From Rhabdothermincola salaria (GTDB taxonomy: Bacteria > Actinomycetota > Acidimicrobiia > Acidimicrobiales > Acidimicrobilacustridaceae), in contig NZ_JAJQXW010000001.1 of assembly GCF_021246445.1 (NCBI RefSeq), forward strand, positions 1,692,168-1,756,167: 64,000 nucleotides of DNA. The letters are read 5' to 3'. The position numbers and the translations under genes were made by a program. How positions within the stretch are numbered: the first letter of the stretch is position 1; every line of letters begins with the position of its first letter. Shown one piece after another: positions 46,484 through 55,533 of this stretch. The notes under the pieces are model-generated. The model saw only the letters and a program-made list of their open reading frames with translations, was not told the origin of the DNA and did no database searches.

Positions 46484-47523
46484 GAACCCCCACCGGGCGC
46501 GTCGGCGGCCGGGGCGGCGACGGCGACCTCGACGAGCGGCTCGTCGTGGGGGTGGTGGCAGGCCACGAAGTGGTCCGGTCCGACCTCGGTCAGGACGGGT
46601 TCTTCGTTGGCACAGCGTTCGTCGGCTCGGGGGCAGCGGGTGCGGAACCGGCAGCCGCTGGGCGGGTCGATGGGCGACGGCAGCTCGCCGGTCACGGCGA
46701 TGTCGGCCTCCGGCGCGTCGGGGTCGGGCTCGGGGATCGACGCCAACAGCACCCGCGTGTAGGGGTGGGCCGGGTGCTCGTACAGTGCCGCCGACGGCGC
46801 CACCTCGCAGGCCTTGCCCAGGTACATGACCATCACGCGGTCGGAGATGTTCTTCACCACCGCCAGGTCGTGGGCGATGAAGACGAGGCTCAGGTCGTAC
46901 TCGGCCTTCATCTCCTCGAGCAGGTTGAGGATCTGGGCCTGCACCGACACGTCGAGGGCGGACACGGGCTCGTCGCAGATCACCACCTGGGGGTCGAGCA
47001 CCAGGGTGCGGGCGATGCACACCCGCTGGCACTGGCCACCGGACAGCTCGTGGGCCCGGCGGTCCCAGACCTGGTCGGGATCGAGCCCGACGGAGGTGAG
47101 GGCCTTGCGGACCCGCTCGGTCTCGTCGGGGGTCTTGCGCCCCTCCCAGACCCGGATGGGCTCGGCCACGATGTCGTGGATCTTGCGGCGCGGGTTCAAC
47201 GAGGAGATGGGGTCCTGGAAGATCATCTGCATGCGCGAGCGGACCCGGCGCAGCTTCTCCTCACCCAGGTCGGTGAGCTCGACCAGCCCGAGGCTGACCG
47301 AGCCGGAGGTCGGCGACGGCAGCTGCATCACGGCCCGCCCGGCGGAGGACTTGCCGCAGCCGGACTCGCCGACGAGACCGAGGGTCTCGCGGGCGGCGAG
47401 GTCGAAGCTGATGCCGGAGACCGCGTGCACGATGCCGGCGTTGGTCTGGTACTCGACGACGAGGTCCTGCACCGAGAGGATGGCGTCGTCGGGTCGGAGG
47501 TGGGCGTTGCCGGTGCCGGCCAT
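46480..47523 (-). CDS. Oligopeptide-type ABC transporter ATP-binding subunit (OppF-like)
   Basis: GESGCGKS, LSGGQCQRV, DEPVSALD, HPYT, GCRFRTRCP. Confidence 0.94.
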   Translation of the reverse strand: MAGTGNAHLRPDDAILSVQDLVVEYQTNAGIVHAVSGISFDLAARETLGLVGESGCGKSSAGRAVMQLPSPTSGSVSLGLVELTDLGEEKLRRVRSRMQMIFQDPISSLNPRRKIHDIVAEPIRVWEGRKTPDETERVRKALTSVGLDPDQVWDRRAHELSGGQCQRVCIARTLVLDPQVVICDEPVSALDVSVQAQILNLLEEMKAEYDLSLVFIAHDLAVVKNISDRVMVMYLGKACEVAPSAALYEHPAHPYTRVLLASIPEPDPDAPEADIAVTGELPSPIDPPSGCRFRTRCPRADERCANEEPVLTEVGPDHFVACHHPHDEPLVEVAVAAPAADAPGGGS

Positions 47524-48542
47524 CAGCGTGCTCCTGTGGCGAGGGGGGCCCGGCTGTCGACGTCGACCGGGTGGTGGCAGGCCACGAAGTGGCCCGGGTC
47601 CGCGGTGGCCGGTTCGAGCGGCGGGTGCTCGACCCGGCAGATGTCGGTGGCGTAGGCGCAGCGGGGGGCGAACGGGCAGCCGACGATGGCCCGGGTCAGG
47701 TCCGGGGGCGTGCCGGGGATGGCCGCCAGCCGCGTGTGGGGCTCGTAGGTGAGCCGGGGCACGGACGCCAGGAGGGCCTCGGTGTAGGGGTGCGTGGTGT
47801 GGTGGAACAGCTCGCGCACGGCGGCGCGCTCGACGGCCCGACCGGCGTACATGACGATGATGCGGTCGGCTCGCCGGGCCACCACGCCCAGGTCGTGGGT
47901 GATGAGGATGGTGGCCATGTTGGTGTCGGCCGTGACCTGCTCGAGCAGGTCGAGGATCTGGCGCTGCACGGTGACGTCGAGCGCGGTGGTGGGCTCGTCG
48001 GCGATCAGCAGCTTGGGCCGGCACGCGAGGGCCAGGGCGATGCACACCCGCTGGCGCATGCCGCCGGACAGCTCGTGGGGGTACTGGTCGAGGCGCCGGA
48101 CCGGCTCGGGGATGCCCACCTCCACCAACAGCTCGGTGGCCCGGGCCCGGGCGTCCTTCTTGGACAGGCCCAGCGTCTTGCGCAGGCCCTGGTCGAAGTG
48201 GGCGCCGATCTTCTTGACCGGGTTCAGCGAGGTCATGGGGTCCTGGAAGATCATGGCGATCTCGGCGCCCCACAGGCTGCGGTAGGCGTTGGTGTCGGCG
48301 GCGGAGAGGTCGCGGCCGTCGAAGGTGACCTGGCCGGTGACCTTGGCCTGGGGCACGTGGTTGGTGAGCCCCATCACGGAGCGCACGAAGACCGACTTGC
48401 CCGAGCCGGACTCACCGACGATGCCGATGGTCTCGCCGGCGGCGAGGTCGAGGTCGACCCCGTCGACGGCCGGGACGGGACCCCGCGGGGTGTTGAAGGT
48501 GGTGTGCAGGTCGCGGACCTGCAGCAGCGGCGTGTCGGTCAC
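47523..48542 (-). CDS. Oligopeptide-type ABC transporter ATP-binding subunit (OppD-like)
   Basis: GESGSGKS, YPHELSGGMRQRV, DEPTTALDVT, GCPFAPRC. Confidence 0.94.
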   Translation of the reverse strand: MTDTPLLQVRDLHTTFNTPRGPVPAVDGVDLDLAAGETIGIVGESGSGKSVFVRSVMGLTNHVPQAKVTGQVTFDGRDLSAADTNAYRSLWGAEIAMIFQDPMTSLNPVKKIGAHFDQGLRKTLGLSKKDARARATELLVEVGIPEPVRRLDQYPHELSGGMRQRVCIALALACRPKLLIADEPTTALDVTVQRQILDLLEQVTADTNMATILITHDLGVVARRADRIIVMYAGRAVERAAVRELFHHTTHPYTEALLASVPRLTYEPHTRLAAIPGTPPDLTRAIVGCPFAPRCAYATDICRVEHPPLEPATADPGHFVACHHPVDVDSRAPLATGAR

Positions 48543-49750
48543 AGCTCCACCTGCTTTCCGCTGGCCAGCCTGGCTCGCATCCGCTCGCCGACCAGGTTGA
48601 ACGACAGCACCGTGAGGAACAGCGCACCCGCCGGGACCAGCACCAGGTGGGGCTCGCGCTCGAACACGCCGTTGCGGCCCTCGGCGATCATGTTGCCCCA
48701 CGTGGGGCTGGGGGGCGGGATGCCCAGGCCGAGGAAGCTCAACGAGGCCTCGGCCACGATCAGCACCGCGATCACGATGAACGCGTAGCTGAACAGGGGC
48801 ACGAAGACGTTGGGCAGCAGCTCGCCGATCATGATCCGGCGCCGTTTGGCGCCGATGGCCCGGGCGGCCAGCACGAACTCACGCTGGGCGAAGCTGAGGG
48901 TGGTGGCTCGGGCCAGACGCACGTTGATGGGGATGACCAGCAGGGCGAGGGCGAGGGCCTGGTTGCGCGACGTGCGGGGCAGCACGGCGGCGAGGGCCAG
49001 CAGCAGCACCAGCGGGGGGAAGGCCAGCAACACGTTGGTCACGACGCCGATGACGGCGTCGGAGGCGCCGCGCAGGTACCCGCTGATGAGCCCGAAGGTG
49101 CCACCGAGGGTCATGCCGATGAGAGCGGCGAGCAGGGCGACCATGAGCGACGTGCGAGCCCCGTAGATGGTGCGGGCCAGCATGTCGAGACCGAGCTTGT
49201 TGGTGCCCAACGGGTTCTCGCTGAACAGCTCGGGGCGGGCGTTGATGGGGTCGGCGAGCGTGGCCGCGCTGTTCTCGGCCTCGCCGAGGGGCAGCACCGG
49301 GGCGAACAGCGCCGCCCCCACCAGCAGGACCAACCAGAGCACCGACAACCAGAAGGCGACATCGGTGCGAGGGCCCCAGATGCCCCGCACGACACGAGCG
49401 AGGCCCACGTAGGCGAGCACCAGGCCGACCAGGACGAACGCCACCCGGGCGTTCATCACGAGCTCGTTGCGCAGCGCAGAGGCGCCGAGGACGACCAAGA
49501 CGATGCCGACGACGAAGAGCGCGGCGCCGATGAGGACGGCGAGCGCCTTGGAGCGCGGCGCCCCGTGCTCGGCTGCCTGCTCGGGCAGGAGTGGCTCGCC
49601 GAGAACGGCCTCGGCCTCCACCAGGACGTCGCCCTGGTGGGGCGAGCGCATCACCAGCTCGGCGTTGGCGTCCTCGTTGTCGCGGGACGGCCGGGAGGGA
49701 GCGGTGGCGAGGTCCGGGGTCGTACCCCGGTCGTCGTCACGCCCCCGCAC
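48539..49750 (-). CDS. Oligopeptide-type ABC transporter permease (OppC-like); start uncertain
   Basis: LGTNKLGLD.LAR.IYGARTSL, EFVLAARAIGA, EASLSFLGLG.PPP.PTWG. Confidence 0.92.
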   Translation of the reverse strand: MRGRDDDRGTTPDLATAPSRPSRDNEDANAELVMRSPHQGDVLVEAEAVLGEPLLPEQAAEHGAPRSKALAVLIGAALFVVGIVLVVLGASALRNELVMNARVAFVLVGLVLAYVGLARVVRGIWGPRTDVAFWLSVLWLVLLVGAALFAPVLPLGEAENSAATLADPINARPELFSENPLGTNKLGLDMLARTIYGARTSLMVALLAALIGMTLGGTFGLISGYLRGASDAVIGVVTNVLLAFPPLVLLLALAAVLPRTSRNQALALALLVIPINVRLARATTLSFAQREFVLAARAIGAKRRRIMIGELLPNVFVPLFSYAFIVIAVLIVAEASLSFLGLGIPPPSPTWGNMIAEGRNGVFEREPHLVLVPAGALFLTVLSFNLVGERMRARLASGKQVEL

Positions 49751-50780
49751 GACGGAGCCTCGGATCGAGACGGCTGTAGGAGAGATCCACGAACGCGTTC
49801 ACCACCACGTAGATGACGGCCACCGTCACCACGGCGCCCTGCAAGAGGGCGAGGTCCTTGGTGAGGGCGGAGGAGACGATGAGGCTGCCCATGCCGGGGA
49901 GCCCGAAGAGCGACTCGGCGATGACCGTCGAGCCGATGAGGCGCCCGAGGCTCACGCCGGCCACGGTGACCAGCGAGAGCGACGACGGGCGGAATGCTTC
50001 GCTCACTAGGACCCGCTTGGGCGACATGCCCCGGGCCCGGGCGGCGGTGACGAAGTCCTGCTGGAGCGTCTCGACGAGATCGCCGCGCAGCACCCGCAGG
50101 AACACGGGGATCTCGCCGACGGCCACGACGAGGGCGGGCAGGAAGGCGTGGCGCAGGTTGTCGGGCACCGACTCGGTGAGGCGCACCCACTCGGCCCGGG
50201 GGAACAGCGGCCACACCTTCACGAAGAACAAGATGAGCAACATGCCGGCCACGAAGCTCGGCAGCGACACCAATCCGAACGTCATCGTGGTGATGATGCG
50301 GTCGACCCTCCCCCCTGGTCGCCACGACGACCACAGCGCCAGCGGGATGGAGACACCGAGGGCGATGACCAGGCCCATGATGGCGAGCTGGATGCTCACC
50401 GGCAGGGCGGAGGAGATGCGATCGACGACCGAGCCGCCGGGCGGGATGATCGACTCACCGAGGTCGCCCTGCAGGGCGTTGCCCAGCCACTCGCCGTAGC
50501 GGACGAAGAGCCCGTCGTTGAGGCCGAGCTCCTCCTCGAGGGCCGCGTAGGCCTCGGGGGGCTGGCTGTCGCCCAGGATGGCCACGGCGGCGTTGCCGGG
50601 CACCAGGTCGACCAGCACGGCGGTGGCGAAGGTGACCAGCAGGATCACCAGCACCAGTTCGCCGAGCTTGCGCATGATGGCCTTGCCGGCCCGCACGCGC
50701 TTGTTCCGACTGGCCCGGTTCGCCGCGTCCTTGTTGTCCGTCGATGTCGTGGCGACGGCCGTCATCGTTGTCTCCCCCAT
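49737..50780 (-). CDS. Oligopeptide-type ABC transporter permease (OppB-like)
   Basis: LGL..PL/GL..RY..WL..LQGDLGES, DFVTAARARGM, ESLFGLPGMG. Confidence 0.93.
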   Translation of the reverse strand: MGETTMTAVATTSTDNKDAANRASRNKRVRAGKAIMRKLGELVLVILLVTFATAVLVDLVPGNAAVAILGDSQPPEAYAALEEELGLNDGLFVRYGEWLGNALQGDLGESIIPPGGSVVDRISSALPVSIQLAIMGLVIALGVSIPLALWSSWRPGGRVDRIITTMTFGLVSLPSFVAGMLLILFFVKVWPLFPRAEWVRLTESVPDNLRHAFLPALVVAVGEIPVFLRVLRGDLVETLQQDFVTAARARGMSPKRVLVSEAFRPSSLSLVTVAGVSLGRLIGSTVIAESLFGLPGMGSLIVSSALTKDLALLQGAVVTVAVIYVVVNAFVDLSYSRLDPRLRRAGA

Positions 50781-50808
50781 GGGTCCTGCTGAAAGGTGAG
50801 GGCCCCCG

Positions 50809-50849
50809 GGCCCCTGGTTACGGAGACACTATCTCCGTAACCAGGGGCC
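50809..50849. terminator. 18-bp stem-loop between the binding-protein and permease genes
   Basis: GGCCCCTGGTTACGGAGA-cacta-TCTCCGTAACCAGGGGCC. Confidence 0.7.
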
Positions 50850-50907
50850 GACGGCCGGCTCGTCACGAGCGGCTGACGACGGGCGTCAGAGCTCGCCACG
50901 ACAGGCG

Positions 50908-52542
50908 TCAGACCTTGAAGGCCTCGCCGAAGAGGAGCAGGCCGTTGACCGTCGGCATGAGGCCGCCGACCTGCTGGGTGGTGATGGTGGTGAACGGCTG
51001 GGCGCCGGTGAGCACGAAGGGCTGCTCGTCGAGCCAGAGCTCGCCGAGGCGACCGAGGACCTCGGCCTGGCCGTCGGGCACCGACGCGGTGCGCAGCTCC
51101 TCGACGATGGCGTCGAACTCGGGGTTGGCGTAGCCCGAGTAGTTGCTGGCGCTGTCGCTGGTGAGGCTGCGAGCCAGGGACTGGTACACGTTGGTCTCGT
51201 AGGCCGTGATCACGTGGATGGAGACGTCGAAGTTGCTGGTGAAGTTGGTGCGCTCGACGAGCTCGAGGAACGACGCCACCTGGTCGATGGTGACGTCGAA
51301 GCCCACGTTGTTGAGCAGGGCCTGGTAGGACAGCGCGTAGTCGGTGGGCACCGGGGTGAGCAGCTCGAAGCTGCCGTCCCAGCCGGTCTCGGCCTTGACC
51401 TCTTCGACCAGGCGACGGGCCTCGTCGGCATCGAAGGCGGAGAAGGGCTGCTCGGTGTACAGCGGCGAGGAGGGCGGGAAGTAGAAGTCGCCCATGATGC
51501 CCTGGTCATTGTTGACCCGGGCGTTGATGGCATCACGGTCGAGGGCCAGCGAGATGGCCTGCCGCACCCGGGGATCGTCGCCGGGGAAGGCACGATCGGG
51601 GGCGGAGTTGATGGCCATGCCGGAACCGGCGACGAGCTGGGAATAGGCGGCGAAGCCCTCTTCGATGGCCCGCACCTCCTCGGGGACCGAGGTCAACATG
51701 GCGACGTCGGTCTCACCGTTCACCATCTTGTCGACGCTGGCGCCCTGCTCGGGGTTCCAGACGAAGCGGATGGAATCGAGCGGCGGGGTGCCGAGCGAGT
51801 AGTTCTCGTTGCGGACGACGACCAGGGCCTCCTGGGCGTTGAAGCTGTCGACCACGAACGGACCGGCGCCGACGGGGTTGGTGTTGAAGCCATCGGGGTC
51901 GGCTGCGACCGCGGTGGGCGACACCATGTAGCCGAGCTCGCCGGCGAGGAGGGCGTCGAAGTTGTTGAGCGGCTCGACCATGTTGAAGATCACGGTCTGG
52001 GCGTCGGGCTTGTCGTAGGACGCGATGTACTCGGGGTAGGTGGCGGCGCTGCCCCGGCCGTTCCTCATGCGCTCGACGCTGAACTCGACGGCGTCGGCGT
52101 CGAGCGGCGTGCCGTCGGAGAAGACGACGTCATCGCGCAGCTTGAGCGTCCACTGGCTGAAGTCCTCGTTGGACTCGATGCTCTCGGCCAGCTGACCGGA
52201 GTACTCGTTGGTGAGCGGATCCCAGCGCAAGAGCGTGTCGTACAGGGCGGCCAGCGGGGCGCCACCGGTGGTCACGCCGAGCGAAGCCACGGTGGGGTCG
52301 AGGCCGAAGGGGGCGGCGGGAAGGGTGACGTCGAGGGTGCCGCCCTGGGTGGTCTCGAGGTCGGTCTCGTTGACCCAGCCGGCCTGGATGACCGAGCTGG
52401 ACTCTTCGACCTCGGGGGTGGTGCCACCGTTGTCGGTGCCTTCTGTGCTGCTCGAGTCGTCCGAAGCGCACGCTCCGAGCAACAGGGCTCCGGCCAGCGC
52501 CAATGCGCCGAACCGGGTCCTCTTCCTGGACATCAGGTTCAT
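50908..52542 (-). CDS. ABC transporter substrate-binding lipoprotein (family 5)
   Basis: Lipobox LGAC; LAES, LR..V.FSDGTPLDA.AV, PVGAGPF, DPRVRQAIS.ALDR. Confidence 0.94.
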   Translation of the reverse strand: MNLMSRKRTRFGALALAGALLLGACASDDSSSTEGTDNGGTTPEVEESSSVIQAGWVNETDLETTQGGTLDVTLPAAPFGLDPTVASLGVTTGGAPLAALYDTLLRWDPLTNEYSGQLAESIESNEDFSQWTLKLRDDVVFSDGTPLDADAVEFSVERMRNGRGSAATYPEYIASYDKPDAQTVIFNMVEPLNNFDALLAGELGYMVSPTAVAADPDGFNTNPVGAGPFVVDSFNAQEALVVVRNENYSLGTPPLDSIRFVWNPEQGASVDKMVNGETDVAMLTSVPEEVRAIEEGFAAYSQLVAGSGMAINSAPDRAFPGDDPRVRQAISLALDRDAINARVNNDQGIMGDFYFPPSSPLYTEQPFSAFDADEARRLVEEVKAETGWDGSFELLTPVPTDYALSYQALLNNVGFDVTIDQVASFLELVERTNFTSNFDVSIHVITAYETNVYQSLARSLTSDSASNYSGYANPEFDAIVEELRTASVPDGQAEVLGRLGELWLDEQPFVLTGAQPFTTITTQQVGGLMPTVNGLLLFGEAFKV

Positions 52543-52842
52543 CCGTTCCTCCGGTGAGGGTTTCGGACCGTGCGGGCACGACCCGGGTGGTGGGGCGATC
52601 GATCGCCGAGGCGACGACTCCCCTGGACTACGGGGCTCGAGAGACGTGGGACGTCCCTGTCACGTTGTCTGGCGCTGTGGTCATCGACGAACCCCCGACG
52701 GGGAAGCGCCCGGCGGCCTGCGGCCACGTCGGTCGCCGACGAGCGATCCCCCCTGGGGCGAGCCCGCACACGACGCTGTGCTTCCTGTGACCGATGACCC
52801 TAGCGTGCGTTCGGGAGGCTGTCGATACTGCCCCTGTCATCT

Positions 52843-52863
52843 TTGTAATGTTTACACTTACAA
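52843..52863. promoter_or_regulatory. AT-rich palindromic candidate operator upstream of the ABC operon
   Basis: TTGTAA-N9-TTACAA. Confidence 0.55.
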
Positions 52864-52870
52864 CGCCCGC

Positions 52871-53620
52871 TCAGGGCTGAGCGACCCGTTCGAAGCCATG
52901 GGCCCGCGCCCCCTCTGGTCGAGGCCGGCCCCCTCGTTCGGCCGTCATCGACGAGGGGCCCGGGCGGTAGTTCAGGAACGTGAAGGCACCGTCGCTGCGG
53001 AACCCGTACCGGCGATCGGCGGCGATGCCCACGGCGTCGCCGGGCCCGAGGCGGCGTCGACCGAAGGCGATGGTGCCGTCGACGACGTAGAGGATCTCGG
53101 GCGCCGAGTGGCTGTGGGGCGCCGACGTGTAGGCGCTGGTGCGCCCGGTGGTGAAGAGGGTGATGGCACAGCCGTCGCAGTCGGAGTCGGCGAAGAACCG
53201 CGTGCGGCGCTCGTCGTCCTCGCGGGCGTAGGTGCCTTCGGGCCCGACGACGTGGTGGGTCGCAGGACGGGCGACGTCCGCTTCGCGGCGATCCGCCGCC
53301 TGGCGCCCGAAGTGGACGAGGCGGGCCGGCTCGTCGGCCCGGACCCGGGGCCGGGCCCCGGCCTCCACGATCACCGCACCGCCCGCGCCACACCCCTCAC
53401 CGTCGACGTCGACCACTCCCTCGAGGACGAACAGCGCTTCCTCGCCGTGGTCGGGACGGAAGACGAGCTCGGACCCCGGCGCCAGCTCGACGTCCTCCAG
53501 CCACAGGGGGACGTCGCCGAGGTCGGCCGCCGTGCGCTGCACCCCCGTCACCGGTTCGTAGGAGGAGGGCCGCCGGGCCGGACCACGGTCTCCCACCGGC
53601 GCGAACACGATGCCGGCCAC
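52871..53620 (-). CDS. Cupin-domain (bicupin-like) protein
   Basis: HGEEALFVLEG; PHSHSAPEILYVVDG...LGPGD. Confidence 0.78.
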   Translation of the reverse strand: MAGIVFAPVGDRGPARRPSSYEPVTGVQRTAADLGDVPLWLEDVELAPGSELVFRPDHGEEALFVLEGVVDVDGEGCGAGGAVIVEAGARPRVRADEPARLVHFGRQAADRREADVARPATHHVVGPEGTYAREDDERRTRFFADSDCDGCAITLFTTGRTSAYTSAPHSHSAPEILYVVDGTIAFGRRRLGPGDAVGIAADRRYGFRSDGAFTFLNYRPGPSSMTAERGGRPRPEGARAHGFERVAQP

Positions 53621-53622
53621 GG

Positions 53623-54324
53623 TCAGTCCAGGTGCTCGAAGAGGTCCGGGTCCGATCGGCGCAGGCGCCGGAAGTTGGCGTCCCACATGTTGGGCAGGAA
53701 GAACTGCCGGTAGCGGTCGCGCCCCCGTCGCACCTCGCGCTCCTCGAACTCCGTGCCCCCGATGGCCTCGGCGGCGAGGTGGTACTCGGCGCAGGCCTCC
53801 AGCATCATCGCCTCGATGGTGGCCTGCTCGAGCGACTGCGAGGCCACCACGGCACCGTGGTTCTTCATGAGCACCACCCGCTTGTCGCCGAGCGCAGCGG
53901 CGAGACTGTCGCCCATCTCGTGGCGGCTGGGGTCGTCGCGGTCGAAGCAGACCTGGTCCTCGAAGAACAGCACTGCGGCCACGTTGTACATGCCGATGGG
54001 GCGGGCCCGGGTGACGAACTTGGACAGCTCGTGGGAGTGGGTGTGGATCACCGAGGCCACGTCGGCCCGGCGCTGGTAGATCTCGGCGTGGAACTCGACC
54101 GCGGGCGACGGCTCCCAGTCCCCTTCCAGGCGGTCGAGGTCGAACGAGACCTTCACCACCATGTCGGGGGTGGTCTCGTCGAAGTAGCCGAAGGGCGACA
54201 CCCAGAAGGCGTCCTCACCGGCCGCCCGTTCGCTGACGTGACCGGCGACGCGGCTCTCGCACCCGGCGCGGGCCAGCATGCGGCGAGCGGCGGCGATGCG
54301 GAAACGGGGATCCATTTCGTCCAT
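53623..54324 (-). CDS. Class II aldolase/adducin family protein
   Basis: GHVSER, FHAEIY..RADV.SVIHTHS, LMKNHG. Confidence 0.9.
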   Translation of the reverse strand: MDEMDPRFRIAAARRMLARAGCESRVAGHVSERAAGEDAFWVSPFGYFDETTPDMVVKVSFDLDRLEGDWEPSPAVEFHAEIYQRRADVASVIHTHSHELSKFVTRARPIGMYNVAAVLFFEDQVCFDRDDPSRHEMGDSLAAALGDKRVVLMKNHGAVVASQSLEQATIEAMMLEACAEYHLAAEAIGGTEFEEREVRRGRDRYRQFFLPNMWDANFRRLRRSDPDLFEHLD

Positions 54325-54335
54325 GGTCGCCGCCC

Positions 54336-55475
54336 TCAACGCTCGCCGAAGCGGTAGAGCCGCTGGGCGTTGCCGGCACAGATGGCGTGGCGCTCGTCGG
54401 CCGGGACGTCGTCCATGACGGCGGTGATGGTGCGCCACGAATCGGGCCAGTCGGCCCCCGAGTGGGGGAAGTCGCTCGACCACATCAGCCGATCGACGCC
54501 GATGGCGTGGCGGTTGCGGATGGCGTAGGAGTCGGTGATGTAGGTGAAGGAGAAGTGCTCCTCGACGTACTCGCTCGGCAGCTTCTTGAGCCGCGACTTC
54601 GGGTCGACCGCCCGGCGGCGGAAGCGGTTGTCGAGCTGCTCCTTGACGTAGGGCACCCACCCGGCGTCGACCTCGACGAAGACGACCTCGAGCTCGGGGA
54701 TGCGGTCGAAGACCCCGCTGTTGAGGAACTGCACCATGGTGGCGGGGGCCTGCAGGAAGCGCAGGTCGGCGGCCGCCCGGCCCTGGGTGATCTTGCCCGG
54801 GGCGTAGATGTCCTCGGGCATCTCGTTGACCAGCTTCACGTGGATGTGGGGCTTGAGGCCCGACTCCACGACGGCTTCCCAGACGGGGTCGTCCTCGGGT
54901 GACAGGTCCGGGTCACCGTGGGGGTAGTTGCCGATCAGGAGTCCGGCGATGCCCGGCATCGTCGCGACCCGTCGGATCTCGGCGACGGCCTGCTCGACGC
55001 CCCGGTTGGGGATGATCGCCACCCCGCCGAGCCGGGTGGGCTCGTAGCCGGCGTACTCGGCGAGCCAGTCGTTGTAGGCCCGCACCATGGCCAGGTGCAG
55101 GTCCGGATCCTGGGTGGCGATGGCCAGGTGGCTCAGGCGCGGCGTGGGGTACAGCACGGCGGCGTCGACCATGTCGAGGTCGAGCTCGGCGAGGCGGGCC
55201 GCGGGCTCGTACCCGCCGGCGGGCAGCTCTTCGAAGCGCACCCAGGGGCGGCGCTCGGTGCGACTGAAGGTGGCCCCGGCGTTGAGGCCGAAGTTGATGG
55301 GGTCCTTGACCCCTTCCATGACCCAGGCGTCGCCCTGCTCGAAGTGCTCCATGCGCGGCACCAGGTCGCGGTACTGCGCCGGCACCCGGTCGACCCAGAG
55401 GCCCGGGGGCTCGTTGACGTGGGAATCGGCGTCGATGAGGCGGTAGGACGCGCCGGCGGGGGTTGACGTGGACAT
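54336..55475 (-). CDS. Amidohydrolase-2 family protein
   Basis: IDADSHVNEPP, LYPT, AYNDWL, MWSSDFPH. Confidence 0.92.
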   Translation of the reverse strand: MSTSTPAGASYRLIDADSHVNEPPGLWVDRVPAQYRDLVPRMEHFEQGDAWVMEGVKDPINFGLNAGATFSRTERRPWVRFEELPAGGYEPAARLAELDLDMVDAAVLYPTPRLSHLAIATQDPDLHLAMVRAYNDWLAEYAGYEPTRLGGVAIIPNRGVEQAVAEIRRVATMPGIAGLLIGNYPHGDPDLSPEDDPVWEAVVESGLKPHIHVKLVNEMPEDIYAPGKITQGRAAADLRFLQAPATMVQFLNSGVFDRIPELEVVFVEVDAGWVPYVKEQLDNRFRRRAVDPKSRLKKLPSEYVEEHFSFTYITDSYAIRNRHAIGVDRLMWSSDFPHSGADWPDSWRTITAVMDDVPADERHAICAGNAQRLYRFGER

Positions 55476-55533
55476 CGTGCTCCTGGGGCAGGTGGCGGGC
55501 GGGGACGGACGGTGGCGAGCGGTCGCGCGCCGG

